Source: Massalongia carnosa (Eukaryota). Taken from it: a stretch of 64,000 bases of DNA. The stretch lies in the NCBI GenBank assembly GCA_965645245.1, contig OZ287078.1:1054001-1118000 (forward strand). The letters are read 5' to 3'. The position numbers and the translations under genes were made by a program. The notes under the pieces are model-generated. The model did no database searches and had not been told where the DNA came from. It saw only the letters and a program-made list of their open reading frames with translations. The stretch's first letter is position 1, and each line of letters begins with the position of its first letter. Below are positions 13,948 through 26,550 of the stretch, piece after piece.

Positions 13948-15967
13948 TATATGCCATTTCCATCAATCATAGATGTCGTTCTCATGAGGAAATGGCCTTA
14001 GGTTTTGATTTCTCGTCAACCACAGTTTTCAGTACAGGTCTTGCCGATTTGCTCGTTTCTGCAGGCGGCTGCAGGCGGCTCCAGTCGAGCGAATGATGTG
14101 ATATCTATGTTTTGATGCAACGGGTGCATCTTCATCCTTCCTTGCTGAGCTGTCAGTGCTCCACAGCTAGCCACGCCGATCCAGCTACCTACCATTCAAT
14201 CTAGCAACGCCGCCCAGCCAGTCTGTGCTGGCTATCGAGCCAGACATTACAGACACATGATGTTTTACTATACAGAGTACTTGGAAGTGATGCTTCTTTG
14301 ATCCTCGCTGAAGAGCATCCCTGCGATGAAACATGTCCCTTAATGTGGTGAATTTTATGAAGATTTTAGGTTGGCCATAAGTTTCACTCGTCAGGTCCGG
14401 CATTGATACCTGAATTTAGTATTGAAAAAGACCCTAGTGATTGTGAAAGAAAAGCATCCCAGTAACTCTGTTGGACGGCCACTCACGACACGGACCCCCT
14501 AACCATAAAATGCAAAGGAACCTCAAACCCAGCTCAGCACCTAAGCCCTAACCCTTCAGATGTTGAACCTCCAAATATCTCCCTTGATTAGCAGTTCCTG
14601 CTTAGGATGACTTACCTATTCATTATTCCTCGCATTTGCGACATATTTTCTACTAGTATAGGCTCCCGATCTCCTATATCTTCATTGAGGAATTGACACA
14701 ACAGCGCGACCAGAGTGGAACGGAAGAAGAAGAAGATGAACATCATGAATCGGAGAAAAAGGCCGAAGAAAGAGCGAATGGTTCCTGCCGACTTCCAGCT
14801 CGTTCCTTTACCGCTCTCCCCAATATCGAAAACATGAAGAAAACCATCAGACTCATCAGAAAACTCATGAAATGCTCAGATTCAGAGGCTCACTCTTCTT
14901 TCCTTTCCCTCCTCTCTCTCACCTTGTCACCCCATATTCTCTTCCCTCCCCCGGAATCCCCACCCCCATATCTTTTGTCATCTCACCAACTTTCTTCCTC
15001 TCCTTAACTCCCCCCTTTAAAAAACTCCCAACTAACCAGCCAGTTAATCAACCATCGAGCCAGTCAGCCACCTAACGCTCTACCCATTCCGCAGTCCTTC
15101 ACATACCCTATTCCTTCCTAATCCCTGTCCTTAGCAACGGAGATGGAGAAACCCGGATTAAATGATTGCGAGGAGAGAGCATGTGTATACAAGGAGGTAG
15201 ATATATAAGGGAGCATATTTACGTTCGTGCGTGGGCCTGTGTGTGTGTGTGTGTTGTATTGGGCCGAACGGGGAGAAGAAGAGCTGAAGAAGAGTGAAGG
15301 GAAAATAAAAGAAGAGCAAGGGAGGGAAAGGGAAGGGAAAGGGAGGGGAAGCACAAATAGATAGATATCTACTACAACTCCTACAAAATCAATCTCCCCC
15401 CTCCAGATCTCAACTTCCCTCGTGGAAGATAGAAAGAAGTCTCTAGCCCCTTTCCTTTCCTCCTTTCCCCAGAAGAAAATAACACAAACGGCCAGAACCC
15501 CCTAACCTCCCTACGTATATATCTACCCTCATTCATTCGGTGCGTTTTAGTTTTCTCCAACCAACCAACGAACCAACGAACACATATACACACATAGAGG
15601 TAAGGAAGAGAGGAAGAGGAGGAAATATGAAAACAAGGAAGTAAACAATTCCAACGAACCGAACAGTGAGTTTTCCTTTTCGTATCTTTTCCTAGTCTCC
15701 ATGTAGGTAAATTAGCGATACCTACCTATTCCTATACCTATATAAAACCCTAGAAACCTTGTTGTTCCGTTCGTTCCTTCATGCTTTTGCAAAAAAAAAT
15801 CACCTGCCTATCTGCTTACCCTCAAGTCCTCCCAATAGCGTATGCAGAACTTCCAAAACACACCGGTGTCCTGCCATAAGGTCCCGTTTTCACACATAAC
15901 ACAGTACACACAAAACATACATCCCAACCAAACCTACGTAATCCATGCGTCCACTTTTGCGGATTCC

Positions 15968-18341
15968 TCAGCTTTCTTCTTCCGCCTTGACGAACTCATT
16001 ACCTTCATCATCCTCTTTCCTCACTTTCTTTCGGGCCAGATCCAAAAGCCTTGCGAATCCGCCCTTGCCCCCTTCCCCAGCGTCGCGATCCACGCCCATC
16101 ATATTACGATCCTCGCGATACTCCTTTTTCTGATCGACGCGACGCGTCAGATACAGTGTGGCTTCCTTCCCTTGCTGCTCGCGAATGCGTTGCACTTCGC
16201 TATGGTACGCCTTTTCGTAGATGTTGACGTCGGCGGCAGGTGGAGATTCGCTGACAGCAGGAGGATCTGGAATTTCGTCGCCGCCAGGGCCGATGGCGAG
16301 AAAAAGATGGTCGCTGAGGGGGTCGTGGGCGTGGCCTTTTCCCGGGTGGTCTTTGGCCCTGGATTCGATCGGCCAGGGTTGCGATGTGCTGGTGGACGGG
16401 AAGCGATGGCCTTCAGGGGAAGCCTGGAGGTTGCGGCGCGGGTTGGTGGTACTAGTGGTTTCAATTTCGGGCGCCTTGTGGGGGTTTGATTTGGTCGGCG
16501 TGCTTGGGGAGTCTGGGGATAAGGCGATAGCTGAAGCTGCTCTACCAGGAGTGGATCCATCGAAGCTACTGAGGTCAATGTCACGGTGAATGCCGTCGGC
16601 CACAAGGGCTGCCTCGATGGGTCGTCGGTCGTGTGTGTCTACACTTCTGGTTTTGTGGAGGTGCGCCCTTTCTGGTCGAAGGATTGATAGAGGTGGCTGG
16701 ACAATTCGCGGGTCTCCTCCGAGTATTCCTTCGATAAGGTGCGGCCGCTTATGAGCGATGGCTTTCTTAAACCTCTTGACTGCTTTCATCTGGACGAATG
16801 AGCTTTTGGCTAGGATTGGATTGGAAAAGCACGTACAAGTACCAGTATATTACTCAAATTTCCAGTAATAGCCTTGTTTGTTTCCTCCTCTGTGGGAGGC
16901 TCGACAAGGTTCGCCGTATTCTCCTCGGCCGAAAGCAAGGGATCTGAGCCCTGCTTCGTCACCCATGAGTGGTTCTATACCAAAATTTAGTGAACGATTA
17001 CGATGCTTACAATTCAACTTACTCGAAGCTCAGGCATCTTGATTCTCTTTGACGGATCTTTCTCAAGAAGTCCGAGAAGTAGATCCTTGAAATCCTCATC
17101 AGTTTCCAAAGATAAATCGACCTCGTCATTCTTTATAGACTCATACAGCTGAAGGACCCCGTTTTGCTCAAATGGTATTCGCCCGAAGCGTAGACAGTAC
17201 AATGTACATCCCATCGACCATATGTCAGCAGCCTTACCCGAAATATCTCCGTGCTTTGCGACACAGAGCTCCGGTGGTAAAAAGGCAGGCGAACCGGCAG
17301 ACTTCGCCGTCAACATTTCAGAGGTCTTCTCAAACATTTCTGACACACCGAAATCAACAATCTTGAGGACATCATCTTGCGTCAGGAGCAGGTTATCCGG
17401 TTTGATGTCTCGATGAACCACACCCTGCGCATGCAAATACTCAATGCCCAGTATCAAATCTCGAAACCAGCACCTACAGCTCTCTTCATCGTATGGATCC
17501 GCTCTTTCATCCATTCCGACTTTCATTATAACCCCTTTTTTGCACATTTCAAGCACCATGTACAGGGAGTCCTCACTGGGATCATCAAGAACTTCGATTA
17601 GAGATACCAAATTAGGATGATTGAGCTTCTTCATAATAGCAATTTCTTCTTTGATTAGATAAAGCGGGTTCCCTCCTCCTTCCTGATCTTGAATATCCGA
17701 GGCCGAATGTTGATGCAAAGGTGAGTTAAACCCCATACCGGCTGCCAAATGGCCGGGTCTGCGTGCAGCATGTGGCCGACGCAATATGTGGGATTGCGCT
17801 CTCTTTCGTAATCTAGACTTGGAGAACTCTTTAACAGCCTAGGGAAATTAGCAAAGATATGCTCTCAAAGATGTGTGCTCTCTAAGCAATTAACAATTAA
17901 ATGAAAGCATTAAATGAAGAGTTCTTAATTCCCTTACATATTCTTGCCCATGCTGATCAACAGCTAAATGAACTGCTCCAAAGGAACCCCGACCAATCTC
18001 CTGCTTGATCTGATACTGATTTATCCTATGCACCGCTCCCCCGTCATCCTCGCTGTTGGTGTACTCTGAACGTGCATGCAAAGTTTCCTTAACCTGTCTT
18101 GCACTTGAGTGTTGACGATGATGATGCCGCAGGGGGCTTCCGTAAGCTGGTGAGGACCTTTAAGATAGCATGGTAAATTAGCCATGAGTAGCATATGAAT
18201 ACCGTCAGATTCGTACACATGTCTGATGTTCGACGGTCGAACGCTGCCGCTTGTGCCAGGGAGCTCGAGTGAAATATTCTGGGAAGGTAGGATCCCCGCC
18301 TTATCCTCGAGCTTTCTCTGTTCCTCTGAATTCGAAGCCAT
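15968..18341 (-). CDS. Ca2+/calmodulin-dependent protein kinase kinase (CmkC/Ssp1-like)
   Basis: HRINQYQIKQEIGRGSFGAVHLA, KEEIAIMKKLNHPNLV, HRDIKPDNLL, DFGVSE, GSPAFLPPE, basic MKAVKRFK segment; multi-exon. Confidence 0.88.
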
Positions 18342-18674
18342 AGCAAAGGACAAGCCGGGCGTCAAAAAGGCTCAAAATATTTAGCCAAATGATCAATTAC
18401 AGTCTTGTAAGCGCATCATGCATGCGCTGCGAAGAGGCTTTATAGCGACAACGATAACCGTTTAGACCATCGAGACCAGCAACGGCAGCCGAGGCCGCCT
18501 AAATCCTAACTAACCCTAACCAGTTTGCAGATTTTTGGCATTCCGCCTTAGGAGGCTCCGCCTCTGCAGATTGTCGTGTCGTACATTAGTTAGTCTTCCG
18601 AGGACAGGGGCAATAGAGCTGTGCCCAAATAACCCCCCGTTGATTTAGCTACATAGTTGTCTTAACTCAACATC

Positions 18675-19396
18675 ATGGTCGTCTACTCCTTTTACGTATT
18701 TGATCGTCACGGTCAGTATCGCCTCCTTCATCTGACTCTCTGGCACTACCTGTCACTAATCTTTGAGCCAGCTGAGTGTGTATACAAGAAGAAATGGGCT
18801 CTTCGACCGTCCAGTTCGTCGGCAAAAACCCTCCCGTCCAACCGTCCTGTAGATGGTGCTTCGCAGCCCAAGGCTCTGAGTGCAGAAGATGACGCAAAAT
18901 TAATATTCGGGACCGTATTCTCTCTGAGGAATATGGCGAGGAAACTTGGAGGGCCAGAGGACAAGTACAATATTTGAATTCTCATCCCCAGGGCTAGGGA
19001 TTAGGTGGGCTAAACGCTTCGCTTCAAGTTTCATCTCCTATCGAACGGGGCATTATAAGCTACATTACTATGAGACTCCTACTTCGATCAAATTCGTCAT
19101 GGTTACGGATACCAAGACGAATAATTTAAGGATTGTCCTTCATCAGATTTATGTCAGCCTATATGTGGAGTATGGTGTGTATTCTACATCCATATTCGCC
19201 CTAGTAGCGCTGATTTCTATTAAGTGGTCAAGAACCCTCTTTCCCCAATTGAGCACCCCGGAGGTGAAGGAGTCAATTGTGAGATGTTCGAGCTCGGGGT
19301 AGAGCAATTCGTGGTACATCCATCCCTGCTCGAGGAAAATTTCGTTGGACTACTCAGCTAATGATACGAGTGAAGAACGCTTCCCTCCAAAACTGA
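18675..19396 (+). CDS. BET5: TRAPP complex subunit Bet5/TRAPPC1
   Basis: MVVYSFYVFDRH, EDDAKLIFGTVFSLRNMARKL, YRTGHYKLHYYETPTSIKFV, YVEY-VVKNPL; 4 introns. Confidence 0.9.
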
Positions 19397-19614
19397 TTAA
19401 CGCATGTCCATAACCCAAGCAACCACTGGATATAGGGACAAGACATTGATCATTTAGGAGGGTATCAGATTGACCAAAGGTTTATGCCATTCGACCCCAA
19501 AATAGAGCCAATCTATTCCATTCAATCGGAAGGACAAACAACGTTCTCTAACGGCAGTCTGCAGTTCGTGAATGACTAAAACTTAGGGTCCTTTGGCTAG
19601 GATCGTACACCCCT

Positions 19615-20882
19615 TCAATAAAACGATTCCACCATTGTATCCTTATTCGTGGTGTTGATTGCGCTAGGACCCATTCCCTCGCCCAGACGAAAGACGCTCT
19701 CTACAACGCTCAATTCTGTTGCCGTGGTATCCAGGCCAGTAACCGCCATCCAATCATTTACCACCATGCCCGCCCCCACGACTGATGATCCTCGGTTTAT
19801 GCTACCAGCCACTAGGGGAACCTGGAGTAAACTCGAGAGCTCATCCTGATCTTGGGTCGATGTCTTTGGATGCACAATCCCTCCTTGATTTGAAAGCGCC
19901 ATGTAAGAGCCAGTGAGTACGTTATCGGCGATTGTCTGACGAAAGACCTCGACGCCTAAAACATCGGCGATGCTGGACGAGGTTCCCATTAGCTTCTTAT
20001 GACACCGAGGATGGGCTGTTTGCTCCTCTTGTTAGGACTTACATCTCCTCCGTCTCTCGCTCGATATCGGGATGCACAAGCGCAACATGGTCATTACAGC
20101 ATATGACATTTCCCAGCGCTGACAATCGCTCCTCAATCCGTTGGATTTTGACTTCGTCCGGTATCGAATTACGCAGATGCTGCAGCTCTTGATCTGTCGT
20201 TGATGTTGGGACTAGCAAGCCCTTTCTATTTCTATATAGCCAGTTTCTATCAGTGTTTCTGATCTAAAGCACATACGAGAATACATCAACCTGGAGGGAT
20301 AGAGATAATACACACCCAGCTGTCAACCTTCCAACAATCCTCGTGCCACTAATAGTAGCTCTGCAAATTGGCACCACGTCTTGTAATTCGGCTTCGAACA
20401 CACTAAGAATCGCCCCAGCAGTCAGTAAGTTTCCTGTATCTTATTGCTAAGCTTCGCGGCCCGATCCTGCACTCCATCCATCTATCAATCTCAGCAAGAG
20501 AATTGTTCCTTTGCTTCTCCTTGGAAACACGCTCTCTACCTCTCAAAAGCCTTGTTCTTCAGCCTTTAACCCCCAAGTATCCACCAACGACGCTGACCCA
20601 TCTATCTATGCTCGTGGTCTCCTAAACGCACCTGTAAAAGTTCTCCGAAGCTCCAATTGCCACAATTGCATATGCGTTGGTCAATGTCGCAAACACACCA
20701 ACCCTATCTCCACCCAGCAATTATCATTAAGACTTCTGCAAGCGATATTTTGTGCTTAGAGACAGAATTGGCTTATTGTAAAAGTATAATCAAGGGGAAG
20801 AGCGTTGGGAAGGTGATTAGAAAGTGAGTAACGAGAAGGAGTCGCACTCATTAGAGTTCTCAAACTGAGCACGCACAGCCAT
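19615..20882 (-). CDS. TIF6: Eukaryotic translation initiation factor 6
   Basis: [67 protein letters not shown]. Confidence 0.95.
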
Positions 20883-21566
20883 ACTGACGGTTAATAAGAG
20901 GTATTGAACTAGAGTATGAAGGTAAGGGATAAGGGGATGAAGAATGGCGTGTAAGCAATTGTAAAGTAGGGAATGCAAGTTTGTAGGAGTGTTGAATAAG
21001 ATCAGGGCAGTGGAAAAGCTAGTTACTTGTAGTAGTGGACTAAAATTGATAGACGCTTTGAGCTTTGGTTGCATCTACAGAGTGGCTCCCATATGTATGA
21101 CAGATGGTGGGGAAACCCGCTAAACCGTTCAAACAAGAGTCAAAGTCTGAGTCATCTTTTAGCGCAGACCAATAATGAATAATGACTCTTCTTCGTGAGT
21201 AATCACAGAATCGAGATGAAAACCCGCGTCTGAATTCTACTGAAAATAACCAACTAAACTGGAAAATGAAATATATCGCATTAACTCGGGAGACGGAACG
21301 CCACTCAGTGAAAGACCAAAGATTGCTGAAATAAATGGTAAAAGCCGAGAAGATAATTGCTGAATGCTGGACTTGGTTCCAACTGCTCGATGCTCGATGC
21401 GGACCCCATCTGGTACCGTCTGAGGAAGATTGAGTTGACGGGATTAAGGAAGGTTGGTATGACGAGGTAAGATGTAGATAACGTTATGGCTAATGTAGGA
21501 CATGAAGTAAGAGGGAAAAATATCATGCAGCGCAATAATCGTCGGCCTCGCTTAGCTACCTCCATA

Positions 21567-23818
21567 CGAGGTGTACAAGGGTACCACCTCAGTCGGGGAA
21601 AGCGGTAAGCGGTCTGCGTAGTTTCAATTTCAGGATTTGTCTAAATTCACCCATTTTACCACCTATTTTGCAGCTTTTTGCAACACTTCTCGACCGCAAC
21701 CTACGACCGTTAGCTGTTATTATTCATACCATAGAGATATCAACTGCACATCCTAACTACTCATTGATTAGCCGGGATATTCACCTTTATTCAATCGCGA
21801 CCGCATCAGTTGCATGCCTCCTATTTAGTCAATCACTCTCTCCCTATTTCATCAACCGCTCCCCACCTCAATGATGAATAGCAGCAGCGTCATGAATAAG
21901 AAACTTATTAAAATCTGTGATTCTATTGCAACGCGCGTGCAAAATGCTAAGCAGTTTTTAATAGAAAACCCCAAGGAGAGCGTCGTTTGCGCTGCTCGAA
22001 TCTTCAACCTCGTCGACACCACTCTATACAGTTCAATTGAACGTGAAAAGACGCCGCCGAAGAAAATTGGAGGGCAGAACAAAATACTGGAGGAGCATCA
22101 GGTCAGAGCCATTCACGAATTCATTCGATCTCTGATTGCGTATGGCATTCAACCTACTCATAAAGTGGTTTTTGCTGCCATTAAGACTCTGAAACGTGCT
22201 CAAGATGCCGAATTGAATGGTCTAAGTCCGCAGTGGTTTAGGCAATGGTGGAAAGACAATGGCCTGCACAAGATAAAGACCAAGCCGCTGGCAGTTGTTC
22301 GATATACTGCGGCTCAGGAGTCAGATGTGGGATCATGGTTTGATCGATATCAGCGGGTTCTTGCAGGGTTAGGGATAACTCGTTCACAAGATATCTGGAA
22401 CTTTGATGAAGCAGGATTTCGAGTTGGGTGTATGAAGGGTCATGAAATTCTAGTTCCATCAGATATTAAGGAGTTCTATTCGATCAGTCCAGAAAATCGC
22501 AAATCTCTCACCATAATCGAAAGCATCAACGCCGCCGGTTATCAACCACCTCCCCCGTTTTAATCATGCAAGGTCGTAGAATAATTTAGAACTGGTTCCA
22601 AGAAGGGCTGCCCACGGGGACTCTGATTGAAGTATCAGAAAGTGGGTTCATCACCAATGAAATAGCCATTGACTTTTTGAAGCATTTCATTGCGAATACA
22701 GACTCAGGGCCTACAAAGCAGTGGAAATTGATGCTCATGGATAATCATGGGACTCATTGCACTACTGAGTTTATAAAGCTTGCCAATGAAAATCACATTC
22801 GCCCTCTCCCCCTGATACCACATCTGACTCATTGTATGCAACACCTTGATGTGGGCGTATTTCAACCCTATAAGTATTGGCATGATAAGGCTATCCAAGA
22901 TGTCCTTGCAGAGTTCAACACCGAGTATTCATTGACTCGGTTTTGTCAAGACCTCACCAAACAACACTTTCACAAGCTCCACCATTCGATCTGCTTTTAG
23001 AAAGGCCGGAATGTGGCCTATCAATAGGGGGTTATGCATTAAACAGCTTAAAAAATTCGCCGCCCCAGGGGTTGAAGGGCCCGTTCGAATGCTGCGGGGT
23101 GAGCAAGTGATGCGGGGCCACCTGCGGGGTCAGAAGCGCGCGAATGAGGATCCACCCCTTCCAGTGTTGCCCGCACGAATTCAACCTCAAACCTTCGATG
23201 ACGTTGAAAAGGGGCTGATTGATTGGTTGCCAAAAATTCAGAATGTTACGCAGTGGGGTGACGATAATCGGCCAAACGAGTTTGAACAGTTTGTTGATAG
23301 TGCGAAGCAGATTGTTGCAAAATCAAATCTCACCGACTTCGAACCGAAAGTTATCCGTAGAAGGAGAAATAATGAATTGCTACATAAAGTAAGCTCTCGC
23401 AAGAGGATAAGATCTATCTATTCGGAGGCGTCAGGACTCACAAAGGAGGACGCAGAACGAGTCATTGCCGAAAAGCAAGAAAAAGAAGAACGGGAGGAAA
23501 GAAGAAAGAAGCACAACAATTACATGAGAATATGGCGAATGGAACGTAATGCTATACACATCAAGGGAGTTGCTGCGCGAAAAGATGAAAGAGTTCGGCA
23601 AAAGCAAGTCAAGGGGCTCAACAGGCAAGGCGTCATCATTCCTACTGATAAGCTGACTCCCATTGAAGATCCCGAAGCAGGATGGAAGAAGACAAACTCT
23701 GTTTGGAAGATGGAGGTGGCGAGGAAGGAGGCGGCAAGAAAGAAGAAAGGGCAGACTGCAGATGAAACAGATGAGACAGATGAAGATAGAAATGAGATCG
23801 AATTCATCACGGATACTA
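21567..23818 (+). mobile_element. Degenerate pogo/Fot1-type transposon, right end apparently missing
   Basis: Broken transposase from about 21871: WNFDEAGF, LMLMDNHGTH, HLTHCMQHLDVGVFQP, K/E-rich tail. No TIR pair found; boundaries are tentative, set at TA sites. Confidence 0.8.
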
Positions 23819-24336
23819 TAGGTGTTGATAGTCTCCTTGCAAAGTGTCTACTTACTCCCTCATCCATCTCCAACGGACCACGAAACTCGTCTCTCAGGAG
23901 CTACATGAGCTCCACTTTGGCATAGAGGCTCAACTCCTCTTGAATCCTCTCCTTTTTGAATTAGTGTTTCGTGAGTTAAAATCTTCATCGAAGTCACATG
24001 ATCACTCAGCTCATACCTGATATTAGTGCTTTACCGCCGCCTCCTTCCCCTCTTTCACCCATCTTGCCTGCTCTTTCTTATGCCATACCTTGACCTTCAA
24101 GCTTGTGACCGCCACGTCAATCCGTAGGCTTAGGGCGCTTTCCACCTCTTAAATCCCTTCTACGACAGCACCTGACTAAGCCTTTGCCGCAGTCCGAGCT
24201 GCAGTTCTGCTAACGCCGGCGTTAGCGCTTACTTGACCTCCCTGTAGGCCTTTTTCAACGAGGCCATTCTCTTCCGTATGTCTTGCATGGTAGCGTCCTT
24301 CTCCGTGGTCGCTACAACGGGCTCGGTTCTTGTCAT
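23819..24336 (-). pseudogene. Degenerate spliced gene of unknown function
   Basis: MTRTEPVVATTEKDATMQDIRKRMASLKKAYREV, then GT..AG introns and a helical-looking frame broken by TAG/TAA codons. Confidence 0.35.
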
Positions 24337-25206
24337 TTTTACTTGGTCGACGTTGGGTGAGCCAAGTGAGCGGGTGGGTAAGTACTTGTATAGGGGTAGA
24401 TACTGACTGCATGGCATGGCATGTAGAGAGAAGGAGATGGGAGATACATCGGCCGAGGATGGTGTTATATGCTTGCCTGTTTGACTGGCTGGCTGGTTGT
24501 TGCCTACCTGCCAATGCGACGAAGAAGAAGAAGAATAATAATAAAAGATGTCGAGAAAGAAAGGAAATACATAAAGGGAGGGAGGGAAGCGCTGCGTGGA
24601 GATACCTAGATCGATAGTTAACCACTACTCTAAACTACCCGTCTACCCAACCACACCCCAGAAAAAAAAACCAATAGAACCATTTATATCTCGGACTTAA
24701 GGGTATCATCCCGGAAATGGGGTTAGCTTGCTTACATACGTACATGGAAGTTCCTCCTCATTCAATCAAGGTACCAAGGGGAATCTGTACGGACACCTAA
24801 GGGCAAGGGAGAACGGATAAGTACCTCAATAGGTAGTCTGTGTTTTGAGATGGAGTAAGGTAGGTAGAAATATTTGCCTTGTCCCTTCCCATTTATACTA
24901 GACCACAAGAGAAGTGGCCCGGCCAAAAAGTGAAGGGCTATGTACCTAGCAGCTGTAAAAAATGCAAGGCAAGATTTAGATAAGGTATTATCTAAGGTTT
25001 TATGCTCTCTTTCTCTTTTGCCTGATTTGTGTGTAACCCAAACTGGCAAAGCCAGCCTATATTGCCCCGAAAATTCAACTGTTTTGGCTTTTTCCCAAGC
25101 ACGTTACGTGAAAAGAAGAAATAAAACGCCAGCCGGAACCATAACACTTGGGGTACGCTACCCATTGACCTCCCATACTTATCTTAACGTACAGAAATAG
25201 AGAACC

Positions 25207-26550
25207 TCAACTTGTAGATTCCGAGGCTCCTGCTGGGGGTGGTTGTTCAGGAGCGATAGGGCTGGATGGATAAGCACCTGGAAGTGTTATGTCTGGCATT
25301 GTGGGCGGAGATTCTTGGAGAGGCCCAGCGGCGGATCCGGGAGCACAATCTATCTCAAGACTATCAGATCGCGCAAACGGACTTGTGCTTGTGGGAAGAC
25401 TGCCAGAGCGCATTCGGCGGAGGAGTCGTCCATCTATAAGTTTTCCTGAATATGGTGCTGCTGTCAGAGTCGTGCCAGAGGAGGCGGTAGGTGGCGGTGT
25501 AGGGCTGCAAGTGCGAAAAAGAGGATGGATGTGGTCTTCGCTCGACGCGGCTCTTTGCCGGGATCCCGGCCGGGAGTAACTCGGTTGCGGTAGCGGGCTA
25601 GGAGGAGGGCTGAGGGACTCGGGTTGCGGGAAAAAGGGCCCCTCAAGGGCCTTGGCCGGGGAAGGAGAGCGGCTTCCAGGGATGGGCTCAAGAGGTCTCA
25701 GGGGCTTTCCTCGCATCGCCGGCGATGATTGAAGAACTGTTTCCCGGATGTGGGGTGCCACCGCTGATGTATCCCAAGAGTCGAAGCCCGAGTCCTGCGA
25801 TGCTCTTTGCTGAGACGGGCTATCCGAGGGTCGCTTGGATTGTCGAGGAGAAGAATGCTGGCGGATGAGAAGGCGGGTCTTTGAAGTTATAGGCCGTTGC
25901 ACCATTGAAATGGATGATCGTAATGAGCTAGCACATTCCGAGGGCGGAGGCGAGGTTGAGGTAGCCAATTCATGATATTGGACAGACTGATTAGTAGCCG
26001 AACTCTGCGGCCGACTGGGCTCTGCCATCTCCTGGAGAATTTGCACCTCCTCAATGATATGAAGTGGCGTAGGCGACCGTTGCAAAGTTCTCGTCCATGC
26101 CATACACAAATAGAAGATAACCTGTGCCAAGATGGCACACAGCCAGATTAAAATGGAAATCAGGAGAAAATAATCAGATCTCAACCCCAGGATATGTCCC
26201 GGCTGCTGAGCATCGCTGGCTTTGGACCAGCCCAGGGCCGCTCCTACCACCAAGCCAGCAACGGTGGAAGGCATTATGCCCAAGACGAGGATGAACATGT
26301 TTCTCCGTTCTCGTCCTTCGTGTGCATGATGAATCTCATTCTTCGTTGCTGGCCCAGTATATCTTACAAGAAGATGAGAGAGTGTACATAGCAAGATGAT
26401 TTGGGTTACTGCTGCGGCTAGAGCAAGGATGTAAAGTCTTCGACGATCAATGGTAAGGAAAATGGCAAAAATGATAACAAGAAGAAAGGTAGCTAAGCTC
26501 AATGAAAATGCAAGAACACCAGCGATGCGTGAGTACGAGCTTCGAACCAT
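25207..26550 (-). CDS. Hypothetical membrane protein (4 N-terminal TM segments, Ser/Pro-rich tail)
   Basis: 447-aa ORF with four hydrophobic stretches, then motifs DSGFDSWDTS and EDHIHPLFR. Confidence 0.8.
   Translation of the reverse strand: MVRSSYSRIAGVLAFSLSLATFLLVIIFAIFLTIDRRRLYILALAAAVTQIILLCTLSHLLVRYTGPATKNEIHHAHEGRERRNMFILVLGIMPSTVAGLVVGAALGWSKASDAQQPGHILGLRSDYFLLISILIWLCAILAQVIFYLCMAWTRTLQRSPTPLHIIEEVQILQEMAEPSRPQSSATNQSVQYHELATSTSPPPSECASSLRSSISMVQRPITSKTRLLIRQHSSPRQSKRPSDSPSQQRASQDSGFDSWDTSAVAPHIRETVLQSSPAMRGKPLRPLEPIPGSRSPSPAKALEGPFFPQPESLSPPPSPLPQPSYSRPGSRQRAASSEDHIHPLFRTCSPTPPPTASSGTTLTAAPYSGKLIDGRLLRRMRSGSLPTSTSPFARSDSLEIDCAPGSAAGPLQESPPTMPDITLPGAYPSSPIAPEQPPPAGASESTS

Noticed and set aside
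14650..15800. Short acidic ORF and purine-rich repeats
   Set aside because: No domain, TIR or TSD identifiable; could be a relic but cannot be supported.
18505..18521. Telomere-like taaccctaac between CaMKK and BET5
   Set aside because: Fewer than two full repeats; could be chance.
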